Positions 39,840 to 49,047 of a DNA stretch of 64,000 nt are shown here, in pieces (within the stretch, counting starts at the first letter, position 1; each line of letters starts with the position of its first letter). Under the pieces are notes generated by a model, which worked only from the letters and a program-made list of their open reading frames with translations, ran no database searches and was not told where the DNA came from. A program made the position numbers and the translations under genes. Source of the DNA: Planctomycetota bacterium (GTDB lineage Bacteria; Planctomycetota; UBA1135; UBA2386); contig OZ245838.1 of the NCBI GenBank assembly GCA_965228735.1, positions 3,904,001-3,968,000 on the forward strand. Reading direction: 5' to 3'.

Positions 39840-40526
39840 ATGCCGACCAACCACTTCCACGCGATCAGCTGGACCGTCACGTTCCTGCTGGTCATCGAGG
39901 TGCTCGACCTCGTGTTCGGGCTCGCGGACTCGGTGTCCCGGACGATCGGCAAGCAGCTCGAGATCTTCTCCCTCGTGCTGCTGCGAAAGACGTTCGACGA
40001 GCTTCCCAAGTTTCCCGAACCGCTGATCGTCGAGGGTCACGTCGACGCGCTTTGGCGCATGGGATCGCAGACCGGCGGCGCGCTGCTCGTGTTCGGACTG
40101 TTGCTCGTCTACTACTCGCTCGAACAGCGCCGGCCGGCAGCCCCGGATCGCACGGACATCGCAGGGTTCATCGCGTTCAAGAAAGTCGTCTGCCTCGTGC
40201 TGCTGGCCGCGTTCACGGTCATCGGCGCCGTGGCCGGCATCCAGAGCGTCACGCTCGTCGACCCCGACGCGACGCTGTCGCTGCGCTTCTTCGAGCTGTT
40301 CTACACGATCCTCGTCTTCGCCGACGTGCTGCTGGTGCTCGCCTCGCTCAGCACCGACGAGAGCTACGGCATCGTCTTCCGCAACTTCGGCTACGCGGTC
40401 GTCACCGTGACCCTGCGGCTGGCGCTCGCGGCCGAGCCGCACCTGAACGCCATCCTCGGCGTCCTCGCCGCCGGCGTGGCCCTGGCGATCGCGTGGCTGT
40501 TCCAGACGTCGCGGCGCCTGGACTGA
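39840..40526 (+). CDS. Conserved multi-pass membrane protein, possibly N-terminally truncated
   Basis: PTNHFHAI..FLLVIEV...SVS..IGKQLEI.SL.LLR..F, FYTILVFADVL, FRNFGY. Confidence 0.6.
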   Translation: MPTNHFHAISWTVTFLLVIEVLDLVFGLADSVSRTIGKQLEIFSLVLLRKTFDELPKFPEPLIVEGHVDALWRMGSQTGGALLVFGLLLVYYSLEQRRPAAPDRTDIAGFIAFKKVVCLVLLAAFTVIGAVAGIQSVTLVDPDATLSLRFFELFYTILVFADVLLVLASLSTDESYGIVFRNFGYAVVTVTLRLALAAEPHLNAILGVLAAGVALAIAWLFQTSRRLD

Positions 40527-40545
40527 CGGGCGCCACGGCGGTGGA

Positions 40546-42930
40546 TCAACGCCGCCGCAAGCCCTGACCGATCGCCCGCACGCGCTTCGGCAGTCGCTGC
40601 ACCTCGAGTTCCACGTCCAGCGGCGCGTCGCTTTCCGGCAGCACCACGACCTGCTTCGCGCGCGTCTCCCACCCCGTGATCCAGTTGCACGTGTCCATGC
40701 CCAGTTCGATCGCTCCATCGCCATCCGGGCGCACGATCCACTCGCCCTGCTCGGGCCGCACCCAGGTTTCGCGCGCACCATCGAGTGCGAGCGTCCGGAC
40801 GAAGACGCCGGGAGGCAGCACGCCGCCCGGCGGCAGCCGCAGTCGCAGCTGCGCGCGCGGACGCAACATCACGGTGGCCGCTCGACCCGCCGGCCGAACG
40901 ACCTCACTGCGGTAGCCGGGACACATCGCGATGAGCTCGACGCCGTCGACGACCGGCACGTCCACGAGACCCCGCTCGTCACACGGCAGCCGGCCACCGC
41001 TCTCGGTGTCACCCTTGCTCATCAGCGAGATCAGCGCGGGCGGTCCGATGCTGCCGTCGGTCGTCTGCACGTGCACCCGCACGAACCGCACGCGCGCGTG
41101 CCAGTCGATGTTCACGAGTCGCGGGTCTCTGCAGTCGGCACCGGGGCCGACGTCGACCGCGTCGATCGCGATCAGTTCCTGGTCGAGAAACCGAACCGCG
41201 ACGTCGTAGCGACCCGGCGGAACGTCCGAGAACACGAGCTCGCGCTGGCCGGAGGTAACGGCCTCGTGGCGGTCGTCGCGATCGATCGAGCGCAGCACGC
41301 ACGACATCGTGCGGTCGCGCGCCGGTTGCCGCAGCCGCACGACGACGCGGCCCGGTCGCGCCACTCGCAGCTCGAGAGCACGATCGCCGGGCTCGACAGT
41401 GCAGGGATCGAGCACGAGCCAGCCGTCGGGGACTCCGAGCGTGTAACGGTGCGCCAGGCGGTCGACGCCGTAGAACGCGAACCGGCCCGCCGCGTCGGTC
41501 TCGACGGACTGGCCCCGGGCGATCGGGTCACGATCGTTCGCCGTCGGCGAAAGGCCAATGGCGAGTCCACGCACCGGCCTGCCGTCCTGATCGACGGCCA
41601 CGCCCGAGAAGATCGGCGCCTCCGGCGCCAGCTCGAGCTCGACATCGACGAGCCCGCGGGCGTCGGCAGGAACCGTCGCCACGGCCGAACGAGCCGGCGC
41701 GTCCGAGCGCCGCGCGTCCGCCGTAACCTGGAGATCGACGTCCGTCCCGCCGCGGCGCGCCATGTCGATCACGCAGTGGAGCTGGCCACTGGCATCCGTC
41801 GACGCGCGGTCATCGTCGCTGCGCCCGTCCTCGGCAACCCGGATCCACGCCTGCTTCGCACCGAACGGATCGCCGTCGGCAGTCGCGATCCGCGCGCGCA
41901 AGAAGACCGCGGTGCCGAGGTCGCGGAAGTCGAGCGTGACGGTCTCACCCGCGCGCCGCGGCCCGCGACCGAGCAGGGCCAGCGGGTCGCCCGCCGCGCC
42001 ATCGAACGTCGTCTCCGCTCGCAGCGGCTCGTCGATGCCGGCCAACACGTTCGCGTAGTGCTGCGCAAGCGGCGTGATCGTCGTCGGCGGCCACCGCATC
42101 GCGGGCGCGCGATCCTCTGCCGCCGGGAACGCCAGCGTGCTGCGGGGCCCCAGCCCACGCCCTTCGTCCGGGACGCGAACGACCGCGCTGCCGATGGCCG
42201 GCAGCGTGAGCCGGACCACCCCCGGCGCGCCTCGGAAGTAGCGCGGTGTCAGGTCGATGCCGATCGACGATCGGGCCACCACGCCTGCGACCACTCGCAT
42301 CCGAAACAGATCCGCCCGACTGCGCAGCTCGGTGACGATGCGGGCGCGACCGTTCGGCCCGGTGCGGCCGATACCGCGCGGCTCCGTTCGACCTTCGGCG
42401 CCGGCAAAGACGCACAGCGGCACATCCGGCACCGCTCGACCGGCATCGTCGGTGACCTCGATCCGCACGAGTCGGTGCCGCGTCAATTCGATGCGGGTTG
42501 CCGACGTTCGCGCCGGACTCCGTCCGATCGCGAGGCCGTCGATCGCGATGCAGAATCCGTTCTCGGGCATGTTCACCGCGACCGCGCCGTTCGCTGCCGT
42601 GCGATACCGGCGACCGAAGCGACTCGCGAGAACATCGAACTCGCGCGTGCCGTAGTGCGACCGGACGAACTCGCGCGTCGCCGCATCGATGCCCTTCGGC
42701 GTGACGACGTAGAGGTCGCAGCCAGACACGGGCAACCCATCGCGCGTGCACACGGTCACGACATGCCCGCCATCGACCGGTCGTTCGACCGGCAGCTGCG
42801 CGAGCGTCGCGTACGGATCGGCCGGCCACTGCCGCAGGTCCTGCTGCGCGGCGAGCGCTCCGGCGAGCAGCGCGAGCAGGGCCGGGAGCCTCGACGCGAT
42901 GTCACGCGGCGTGTGGCGGGAAGGTGCCAT
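40546..42930 (-). CDS. Secreted protein with carboxypeptidase-regulatory-like beta-sandwich repeats
   Basis: Signal peptide; repeated V.D..G.PV, TDA.G.F, VPPGRYDV. Confidence 0.65.
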   Translation of the reverse strand: MAPSRHTPRDIASRLPALLALLAGALAAQQDLRQWPADPYATLAQLPVERPVDGGHVVTVCTRDGLPVSGCDLYVVTPKGIDAATREFVRSHYGTREFDVLASRFGRRYRTAANGAVAVNMPENGFCIAIDGLAIGRSPARTSATRIELTRHRLVRIEVTDDAGRAVPDVPLCVFAGAEGRTEPRGIGRTGPNGRARIVTELRSRADLFRMRVVAGVVARSSIGIDLTPRYFRGAPGVVRLTLPAIGSAVVRVPDEGRGLGPRSTLAFPAAEDRAPAMRWPPTTITPLAQHYANVLAGIDEPLRAETTFDGAAGDPLALLGRGPRRAGETVTLDFRDLGTAVFLRARIATADGDPFGAKQAWIRVAEDGRSDDDRASTDASGQLHCVIDMARRGGTDVDLQVTADARRSDAPARSAVATVPADARGLVDVELELAPEAPIFSGVAVDQDGRPVRGLAIGLSPTANDRDPIARGQSVETDAAGRFAFYGVDRLAHRYTLGVPDGWLVLDPCTVEPGDRALELRVARPGRVVVRLRQPARDRTMSCVLRSIDRDDRHEAVTSGQRELVFSDVPPGRYDVAVRFLDQELIAIDAVDVGPGADCRDPRLVNIDWHARVRFVRVHVQTTDGSIGPPALISLMSKGDTESGGRLPCDERGLVDVPVVDGVELIAMCPGYRSEVVRPAGRAATVMLRPRAQLRLRLPPGGVLPPGVFVRTLALDGARETWVRPEQGEWIVRPDGDGAIELGMDTCNWITGWETRAKQVVVLPESDAPLDVELEVQRLPKRVRAIGQGLRRR

Positions 42931-43138
42931 GGGCAAGCAGAGGATACGTGTCGGACGTCGCCTCACGGACGCGTCCCGCATCAACAACGCATCGCCGGCC
43001 CCGACGACGAGCCACCGGGGCAAATCACCCGACGATCGAGCGATCTTCCTCCGCGCGATCGAGTCGAGAGCAGCCAACACCGCGGCATGATGCCCGAGGG
43101 GGTGCCCCCACCCGCAGCCGCCGCATACCGTTTCCAGT

Positions 43139-43933
43139 ATGCTGGTCGCGCCACGAAACCGCCTTCGTTCCGCCGTGCTCACTGCCCTGACCGGGCTGGC
43201 CTGGCCCGCTCTCGCAGCGGCGCAGCAGGGCGAGCCGCAGACCGAACGTGCGGACCCCGCGCGCTCCGAAGCGGACGAGAAGGCGCAGCGCGAGAAGCAG
43301 CTCGAGCAGGCGCGAAAACTGCTGAAGGCGGCGCAGAGGGCGAAGGCCGCGGCCAACACGAAGCGGGTCGCCGAGGCGATGCGAAGGCAGCGGCTACGAC
43401 GCATGTCGATGTCGATCGACTCCGAAACGCCGCTCGAGAACTTGATCGAAGCGCTCCTCTACGACGACTCGACGGTCCGCGTCGCAGCCGCTCGACTGGC
43501 CGAGATCGGAATCGCGGCGCGCGTGGCGATGCCGCGGATGGCCGAGCTGCTCGATGAACGCAGCAACCGCGCCGTGCAGCTCGCGGTCATCGCCGCGATG
43601 CTGCAGATCGACCCGCTGCACCCGGCAGCGTGCGCGGCCCACCACGACCGCATCTGCAACGGCACGACCGCGGAGCGCCGCGCGGCAGCACTGGCGCTGG
43701 GCGCGCTCGGCGCCGCCGCCGAGCCCGCGGTGCTCGCGATGATCTCGGCGACCCGCGAACCGAAGCCGGCACTCGTCCGCGACGCGGTGACCGCCCTCGG
43801 CATGCTCGGCAAGACCGCCGGGCCCGCGCTGCGCCGCCTGCGCCAACTGGCGGCATCGGAGCAGAAGGAACTGGCCGCGCGCGCCGGCGTCGCCGTCCGA
43901 CAGATCGAGCGCTGCCTGCAGACGAAGGAGTGA
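43139..43933 (+). CDS. Secreted HEAT-repeat protein
   Basis: Signal peptide; VRVAAARLAEIG, RRAAALALGALG, VRDAVTALG. Confidence 0.7.
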   Translation: MLVAPRNRLRSAVLTALTGLAWPALAAAQQGEPQTERADPARSEADEKAQREKQLEQARKLLKAAQRAKAAANTKRVAEAMRRQRLRRMSMSIDSETPLENLIEALLYDDSTVRVAAARLAEIGIAARVAMPRMAELLDERSNRAVQLAVIAAMLQIDPLHPAACAAHHDRICNGTTAERRAAALALGALGAAAEPAVLAMISATREPKPALVRDAVTALGMLGKTAGPALRRLRQLAASEQKELAARAGVAVRQIERCLQTKE

Positions 43934-44021
43934 TCCTCTCCACGCTCATCGACCGCGGGCGCCAGTGCGACCCGCGGCGATGAGCGCTGGACCCTACGGT
44001 CAGGGTCCCAGTCGCGGCGAA

Positions 44022-44420
44022 TCAGAGCCGACGAAGGGCGAGAATCGGGAACGCAGACTCGACGCTGCGGCCGTTCGCACCTTGTTCGTCTTGCGACAGG
44101 ATCGTGATCTCGGATTGACCGGCCGGCCCCATGTCGTGCGCCAGCACGGCATCGACGACGAGCTCTTCGAACCTCGTCGTGTTCGTGCGGTTGGGCGGCG
44201 TCGCGAACCAAAGCTCGTACGGCTTGTCGTCATGATTGCCCGTGAGACGAATCGCGACCTCGCCGGTTGCGTCGACGGACCAGCCGCTGAGCTTGCCGGT
44301 GCGCTGCATCGGTTGGCCGACTTCCGCCGGCGGCGCAGTGGTCGAGGCGATGAGACTCATCGTCGCCAACAGAGCAGCGGCCGAGCCGACGCGAACGAAA
44401 CCTGGAGTCCAGTTTTTCAT
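44022..44420 (-). CDS. Hypothetical secreted protein
   Basis: Signal-peptide-like N-terminus, coding-like GC3 bias. Confidence 0.55.
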   Translation of the reverse strand: MKNWTPGFVRVGSAAALLATMSLIASTTAPPAEVGQPMQRTGKLSGWSVDATGEVAIRLTGNHDDKPYELWFATPPNRTNTTRFEELVVDAVLAHDMGPAGQSEITILSQDEQGANGRSVESAFPILALRRL

Positions 44421-44489
44421 GGCATGGTCTTCGTTGCAGACGCACCCACGGACTCAGGATTCTGGCGTGGGTTGACGGTCGGGACGCCG

Positions 44490-44515
44490 TGCATCCGCTC
44501 GCGTCGTTCTGCGAA
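44490..44515 (+). promoter_or_regulatory. Putative SigK-like ECF promoter (nhaA)
   Basis: TGCATCC-N15-CGAA, 13 nt before ATG 44529. Confidence 0.65.
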
Positions 44516-44528
44516 TACCGAGTCGCGA

Positions 44529-45737
44529 ATGGATTCGATGTCCCCCGACGACGAGACCGGCGAGCTCGCCGAAGACGCGCGTCGCCGGACGGACCTGATC
44601 GGCGGCCTGCTGCTGATCGCCGCTACGGTCTGTGCGATCGTAGCCGCAAATACGCCGTTGGCGACGATCTACGACCAGCTGCTCGACACGCGCCTCGCCG
44701 TGAGCGTAGGCGACGCGGCACTCGACAAGCCGCTGCTGCTCTGGATCAACGATGGCCTCATGGCGATATTCTTCCTGCTGGTCGGCCTCGAGCTGAAGCA
44801 GGAAGTGCTGGCGGGTCAGCTTTCGAGCGTTCAACGGGCGCTGCTCCCGCTCTGCGCCGCGGCGGGCGGCGTCGTCGTGCCCGTTGCGATCTACGCGTTG
44901 TGGAACTGCGACGATCCGGGCCGGATGCAGGGCTGGGCGATCCCCGCGGCCACCGACATCGCCTTCGCGATCGGCGTGCTCGCGCTGCTCGGCCGCCGTG
45001 TCCCCGTCGCGCTCCGCACGTTTCTGCTCTCGCTCGCGGTCTTCGACGACCTCGCGGCGATCGTGATCATCGCTGCTGCCTACACCGACAAGATCGCCTG
45101 GGGGGCCCAGATGGCGGCGCTCGCGACCGTCGTCGTGCTCTTCGTGATGAACCGGCTGCGCGTGACCCGCTACGGCATGTATCTGCTGGTCGGCGCCGTG
45201 CTCTGGGTGTGCGTGCTCAAGTCGGGCATTCACGCGACGCTCGCCGGTGTCATCGTCGGCGCCGCGATACCGCGTCGCCCGGTGAACGCGCTCGGCCACT
45301 CGCCGCTGCACCAGCTCGAACACGTGCTGCGCCCCTGGGTCGCGTTCTTCATCCTCCCGGTATTTGCCTTCGTCAATGCCGGAGTCGCGTTGCGATCGGT
45401 GGAGCTCGCCACGTTCGCGGACACCGTGACCCTCGGCGTCGGCACGGGGCTGCTCATCGGCAAGCTGCTCGGGGTATTCGGCACCACGATGGTGTTGCGA
45501 CGCTTCGGCTACGGGCGCGATCCCGGCGATCCGACGCCATCGCAGTTCTTCGGGGCCGCCGCGCTGGCCGGGATCGGCTTCACGATGAGTCTGTTCATCG
45601 GCACCCTGGCGTTCGAGGACGCACCGCGCAGCTACGATGTGCCGATTCGTCTCGGCGTTCTCGGCGCCAGCGTCGCCGCCGCGGTGCTCGGCCTCGCCGT
45701 GCTCAACCGCGCGCTCCCGACCCGCCCCGCGCAGTAA
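44529..45737 (+). CDS. nhaA: Na+/H+ antiporter NhaA
   Basis: WINDGLMAIFF, GWAIPAATDIAFA, FDDL, KSGIHAT, GK..G, GIGFTMSLFI. Confidence 0.95.
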   Translation: MDSMSPDDETGELAEDARRRTDLIGGLLLIAATVCAIVAANTPLATIYDQLLDTRLAVSVGDAALDKPLLLWINDGLMAIFFLLVGLELKQEVLAGQLSSVQRALLPLCAAAGGVVVPVAIYALWNCDDPGRMQGWAIPAATDIAFAIGVLALLGRRVPVALRTFLLSLAVFDDLAAIVIIAAAYTDKIAWGAQMAALATVVVLFVMNRLRVTRYGMYLLVGAVLWVCVLKSGIHATLAGVIVGAAIPRRPVNALGHSPLHQLEHVLRPWVAFFILPVFAFVNAGVALRSVELATFADTVTLGVGTGLLIGKLLGVFGTTMVLRRFGYGRDPGDPTPSQFFGAAALAGIGFTMSLFIGTLAFEDAPRSYDVPIRLGVLGASVAAAVLGLAVLNRALPTRPAQ

Positions 45738-45748
45738 CGCACGCCAGG

Positions 45749-46633
45749 TCAGCGGCGCTGCGTCTGGCGAATATGGCCGTAGTTGAGAACGGCGACGAAC
45801 ACCGACCCGCCGACGAGATTGCCAGCTATCGCGGTGCCGATGTGCACGACGGCCGACCACGCGTCCACACCGTGGACGAACGCCGCGGTCACGACCTCGG
45901 CCGTGCCCGCGATCGAATGATGCAGCCCGCCGAGGCCGATGAGGAACGTCGTGAAGTAGATGACGACGATCTGGCTGACATCCGGCGGCGTGGACAAGAC
46001 GAGCCAGCCCCCGAGCGCCATGAGCCAACCCGCCAGGATCGCGCTCGCGAACGTCGCACCCGGCGCGAAGTGCAGCATGTGATCGGCAACCACCCGATAA
46101 CCCTCGCCGGCGCCGACGACGCTTTCGGTCGTCGACAGCATGAACGCGCCGATGACGCAGCCGATGAGATTGCCGCCGAGCACCGTCAGCCAGACGCGCA
46201 GCATGCTGCGGACCGAGGACCGACCGTCGAGCATCGGGTAGACCGCCAGCGCCGTGTGCTCCGTGAACAGCTGCGTGCCGCTCATCAGGACGAGCACGAA
46301 GCCGAGCGGGTAGACGAGCGCGACGAGGATCCGGCTCGCGACCCCACCGAGATCGGCTGCAAACATCGTCATCACCCCGACGGCCATCGCCGTGAACGCC
46401 AGAATGGCGCCGGCTGATATGGCCGACAGCAGCAGCGAAGCGAGCGGACGAAGCGATTGTTCCGCACCTTCGCGGATCGCCGTCTGCAGCACGTCGTCCG
46501 GATGCCGGATGACCTGGTCGCTGCGCTTGAGGACGACCGGCGTGAACTCGGAGTCTTCCCGAGCGCGCTCGACCTGACGTTCGGTCGGTGCGTCGTCGGG
46601 TTCGGGGTCGGAGAGGTCGGGGTCGCTCGTCAT
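45749..46633 (-). CDS. Formate/nitrite transporter family protein (YfdC-like)
   Basis: EG..LRP, YPLGF, QLFTEHT, GNLIG, AGWLMA, HSIAG, GNLVGG. Confidence 0.85.
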   Translation of the reverse strand: MTSDPDLSDPEPDDAPTERQVERAREDSEFTPVVLKRSDQVIRHPDDVLQTAIREGAEQSLRPLASLLLSAISAGAILAFTAMAVGVMTMFAADLGGVASRILVALVYPLGFVLVLMSGTQLFTEHTALAVYPMLDGRSSVRSMLRVWLTVLGGNLIGCVIGAFMLSTTESVVGAGEGYRVVADHMLHFAPGATFASAILAGWLMALGGWLVLSTPPDVSQIVVIYFTTFLIGLGGLHHSIAGTAEVVTAAFVHGVDAWSAVVHIGTAIAGNLVGGSVFVAVLNYGHIRQTQRR

Positions 46634-46727
46634 TGGACTCACAGCTTACGTCGCATGGATCCGTCATACGGGTCCGGCGCGCGACGCGACGCTTCGGCCG
46701 CCCCTCGAACCTGGTGGGCGAAGCAGA

Positions 46728-47213
46728 CTACATTTCGCGCTGCGAGTGGAGCATCCAGTGGTGCTTCTCGAGCGCGCCGACCACGGCGATGGCGAGGTCC
46801 TCGCTGACGGGATCGACCTCACCGAGAGCTGCGATGCAGCCGCGGCCGTTCTTGACGACGATCGAGATGTCGTCACAGACGGTGTCGATCGCGTCTTCCA
46901 CGGAAAGCAGGCCGGCCGGGAACTCACCGAACGGCGATTCCTCCGCGACCCGTCCGGGCAGGCCGTCGGCAGCGCCACCCAGCGTCACGATCCGCTCCGC
47001 GATGTCGTCGACGGCATTCCGCACGTCGACCAGGATCTCGTCCAGCTGCTCGTGCACGGACTTGAACCGCATCCCGCGCAGGTTCCAGTGCGCCTGCTTC
47101 AGGCGCAGGGCCAGGCCGATGGTCGGCGGCAGCCAGCGTTGCAGCGCCGCGAGCGCCTGCTCGCGGGATTCATCGGACAGATCGAACGGAACGGGGCGGA
47201 GGAGGCGTTTCAC
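46728..47213 (-). CDS. dps: Dps ferritin-like protein
   Basis: KQAHWNLRG..F..VHEQLD, DDIAER, EKHHWML. Confidence 0.93.
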   Translation of the reverse strand: MKRLLRPVPFDLSDESREQALAALQRWLPPTIGLALRLKQAHWNLRGMRFKSVHEQLDEILVDVRNAVDDIAERIVTLGGAADGLPGRVAEESPFGEFPAGLLSVEDAIDTVCDDISIVVKNGRGCIAALGEVDPVSEDLAIAVVGALEKHHWMLHSQREM

Positions 47214-47222
47214 GTCCCGGTC

Positions 47223-47249
47223 TTCGCCGGGGCGCGGCCGGCGGTTGCA
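47223..47249 (-). promoter_or_regulatory. Putative SigK-like ECF promoter (dps)
   Basis: Minus strand TGCAACC-N16-CGAA, 9 nt before GTG 47213. Confidence 0.65.
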
Positions 47250-47292
47250 GTCTTGCTCCCCTGGATGCGCTCGTCCGCAGACCGCTGGCGGC

Positions 47293-47319
47293 TGCATCCC
47301 CGTGCCTGACGCGGGCGAA
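47293..47319 (+). promoter_or_regulatory. Putative SigK-like ECF promoter (photolyase)
   Basis: TGCATCC-N16-CGAA. Confidence 0.75.
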
Positions 47320-47394
47320 ACGCCAACGCGTGATGGTCGTCGAAGATTGCCCCTGCCGCATCCCGGAGCTGCTCCCGAGCCGCGGGGTTTCAGG

Positions 47395-48981
47395 ATGACG
47401 GCGTTCTCGCGGCCGTGGATTCGCGGCCGGGCGCGCCGCCTGCTGATCGTCTTCGGCGACCAGCTGGACAAGAGCGCGCCCGCACTCACCGGGCTCGACC
47501 GAGAACAGGACGCCGTCCTGATGGTCGAGGTCGAGGACGAAGCCCGGCGTGGGCCGAGCCACAAGCAGCGGGTCGTGATGTTCCTTGCCGCGATGCGGCA
47601 CTTCGCGAGCACCCTGCAGGACGACGGCTACCGCGTCGAATACGTGACCTTGGATCACGCCGACAACACGCAGTCGTTCCAGAGCGAGATCGAGCGCGTC
47701 GGCCGCAAGGTCGAGGCCGAGCAGCTCGTCGCGACGCAGCCGGGTGAGTGGCGCGTGCTCGACGCTGTCGCGGCAGCCGCCGACACGCTCGGAGTGCCGC
47801 ACGAAGTGCTGCCGGACGAGCACTTCTTCACCGCCCTGGAGGACTTCGACCGCTGGGCCGAGGGCCGCAGCAGGCTCACGATGGAGTACTTCTACCGGGA
47901 GCAGCGCAAACGACTGGGCATCCTCGTCGACGACGACGGCAAACCGGAGGGCGGCGACTGGAACTACGATTCCGAGAACCGCGAGTCCTTCGACTCCGCG
48001 CCGGACGTCCGCGCGCCCTACACGCCGCGCCCCGATGACATCACGCTCGAGGTGTGCGAGCTCGTCGAGCGGCGACTGTCCGACCTTCCCGGCAAACTCG
48101 AGCCCGACGAGTTCCGCTGGCCGGTGACGCCGACCACCGCACGGCGCGCGCTCGACGACTTCATCGAGCACCGCCTCGGACGCTTCGGAACGTACGAGGA
48201 CGCGATGTGGAGCGGCGAGCCGGTGCTCTACCATTCGATGCTCTCGGCCGCGCTGAATCTCAAACTGCTCGATCCGCGGGACTGTGTCGAGGCGGCCGTC
48301 AAGGCCTACGAGAACGGCGACGCGCCGCTCAACAGCGTCGAGGGCTTCGTCCGCCAGCTGATCGGCTGGCGCGAGTTCATCCGCGGCGTCTACTGGCGCG
48401 AAGGCCGCGACTACCGCGACCGCAACGGGCTGCGCCAATACGGCGAGCTGCCCGAGTTCTTCTGGAACGCCGAGACCGAAATGGCGTGCCTCGCCGATTG
48501 TCTGCGGCCCGTCGTGGACTCGGCGTACTCCCACCACATTCCGCGGCTCATGGTCATCGGCAACTTCGCCATGACCGCGGGCATACAACCGCGCGCGATC
48601 GGCGACTGGTTCTACGGCATGTACACCGACGCCGTCGATTGGGTCACGACGCCGAACACGATCGGCATGGCGATGCACGCGGACCACGCGGTCGTCGGCA
48701 CCAAGCCGTACGCAGCCAGCGGCAAGTACGTGAAGCGCATGGGAAACTACTGCAGCTCCTGCCGCTACGACGTCAACGAACGATCCGGTCCGGACGCCTG
48801 CCCGTTCAACGTGTTCTACTGGGACTTCCTGCGGCGCAACCGCGACCGGTTCGAGGACAACAACCGGATGGCGATGATGCTGAAGAACCTCGATCGGATG
48901 GCCGACGACGAGGCCGAGGCGATCACCCGTGACGCGCGGCGACTGCGGCGCGAGTTCGGCATCGGCGCCATCTCGCGCTGA
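47395..48981 (+). CDS. FeS-BCP cryptochrome/(6-4) photolyase (CryB / Agrobacterium PhrB type)
   Basis: FGDQL, HKQ, MEYFYR, GG.WNYD..NR, EGFVRQ.IGWRE, HHI.RLM, KPY, four Cys (MACL, YCSSC, ACPFN). Confidence 0.93.
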   Translation: MTAFSRPWIRGRARRLLIVFGDQLDKSAPALTGLDREQDAVLMVEVEDEARRGPSHKQRVVMFLAAMRHFASTLQDDGYRVEYVTLDHADNTQSFQSEIERVGRKVEAEQLVATQPGEWRVLDAVAAAADTLGVPHEVLPDEHFFTALEDFDRWAEGRSRLTMEYFYREQRKRLGILVDDDGKPEGGDWNYDSENRESFDSAPDVRAPYTPRPDDITLEVCELVERRLSDLPGKLEPDEFRWPVTPTTARRALDDFIEHRLGRFGTYEDAMWSGEPVLYHSMLSAALNLKLLDPRDCVEAAVKAYENGDAPLNSVEGFVRQLIGWREFIRGVYWREGRDYRDRNGLRQYGELPEFFWNAETEMACLADCLRPVVDSAYSHHIPRLMVIGNFAMTAGIQPRAIGDWFYGMYTDAVDWVTTPNTIGMAMHADHAVVGTKPYAASGKYVKRMGNYCSSCRYDVNERSGPDACPFNVFYWDFLRRNRDRFEDNNRMAMMLKNLDRMADDEAEAITRDARRLRREFGIGAISR

Positions 48982-49008
48982 TCGCGACCCGCCGCGAGCG
49001 AACGAATC

Positions 49009-49035
49009 GGCATCCGCACGCGGCCCCCCGGCGAA
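49009..49035 (+). promoter_or_regulatory. Putative SigK-like ECF promoter (sodC)
   Basis: GGCATCC-N16-CGAA, 12 nt before ATG 49048. Confidence 0.7.
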
Positions 49036-49047
49036 CATGCCAGGGCG

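Noticed and set aside
39442..44420. Prophage or integrative element at tRNA-Phe
   Set aside because: No integrase, phage genes, att duplication or obvious composition shift
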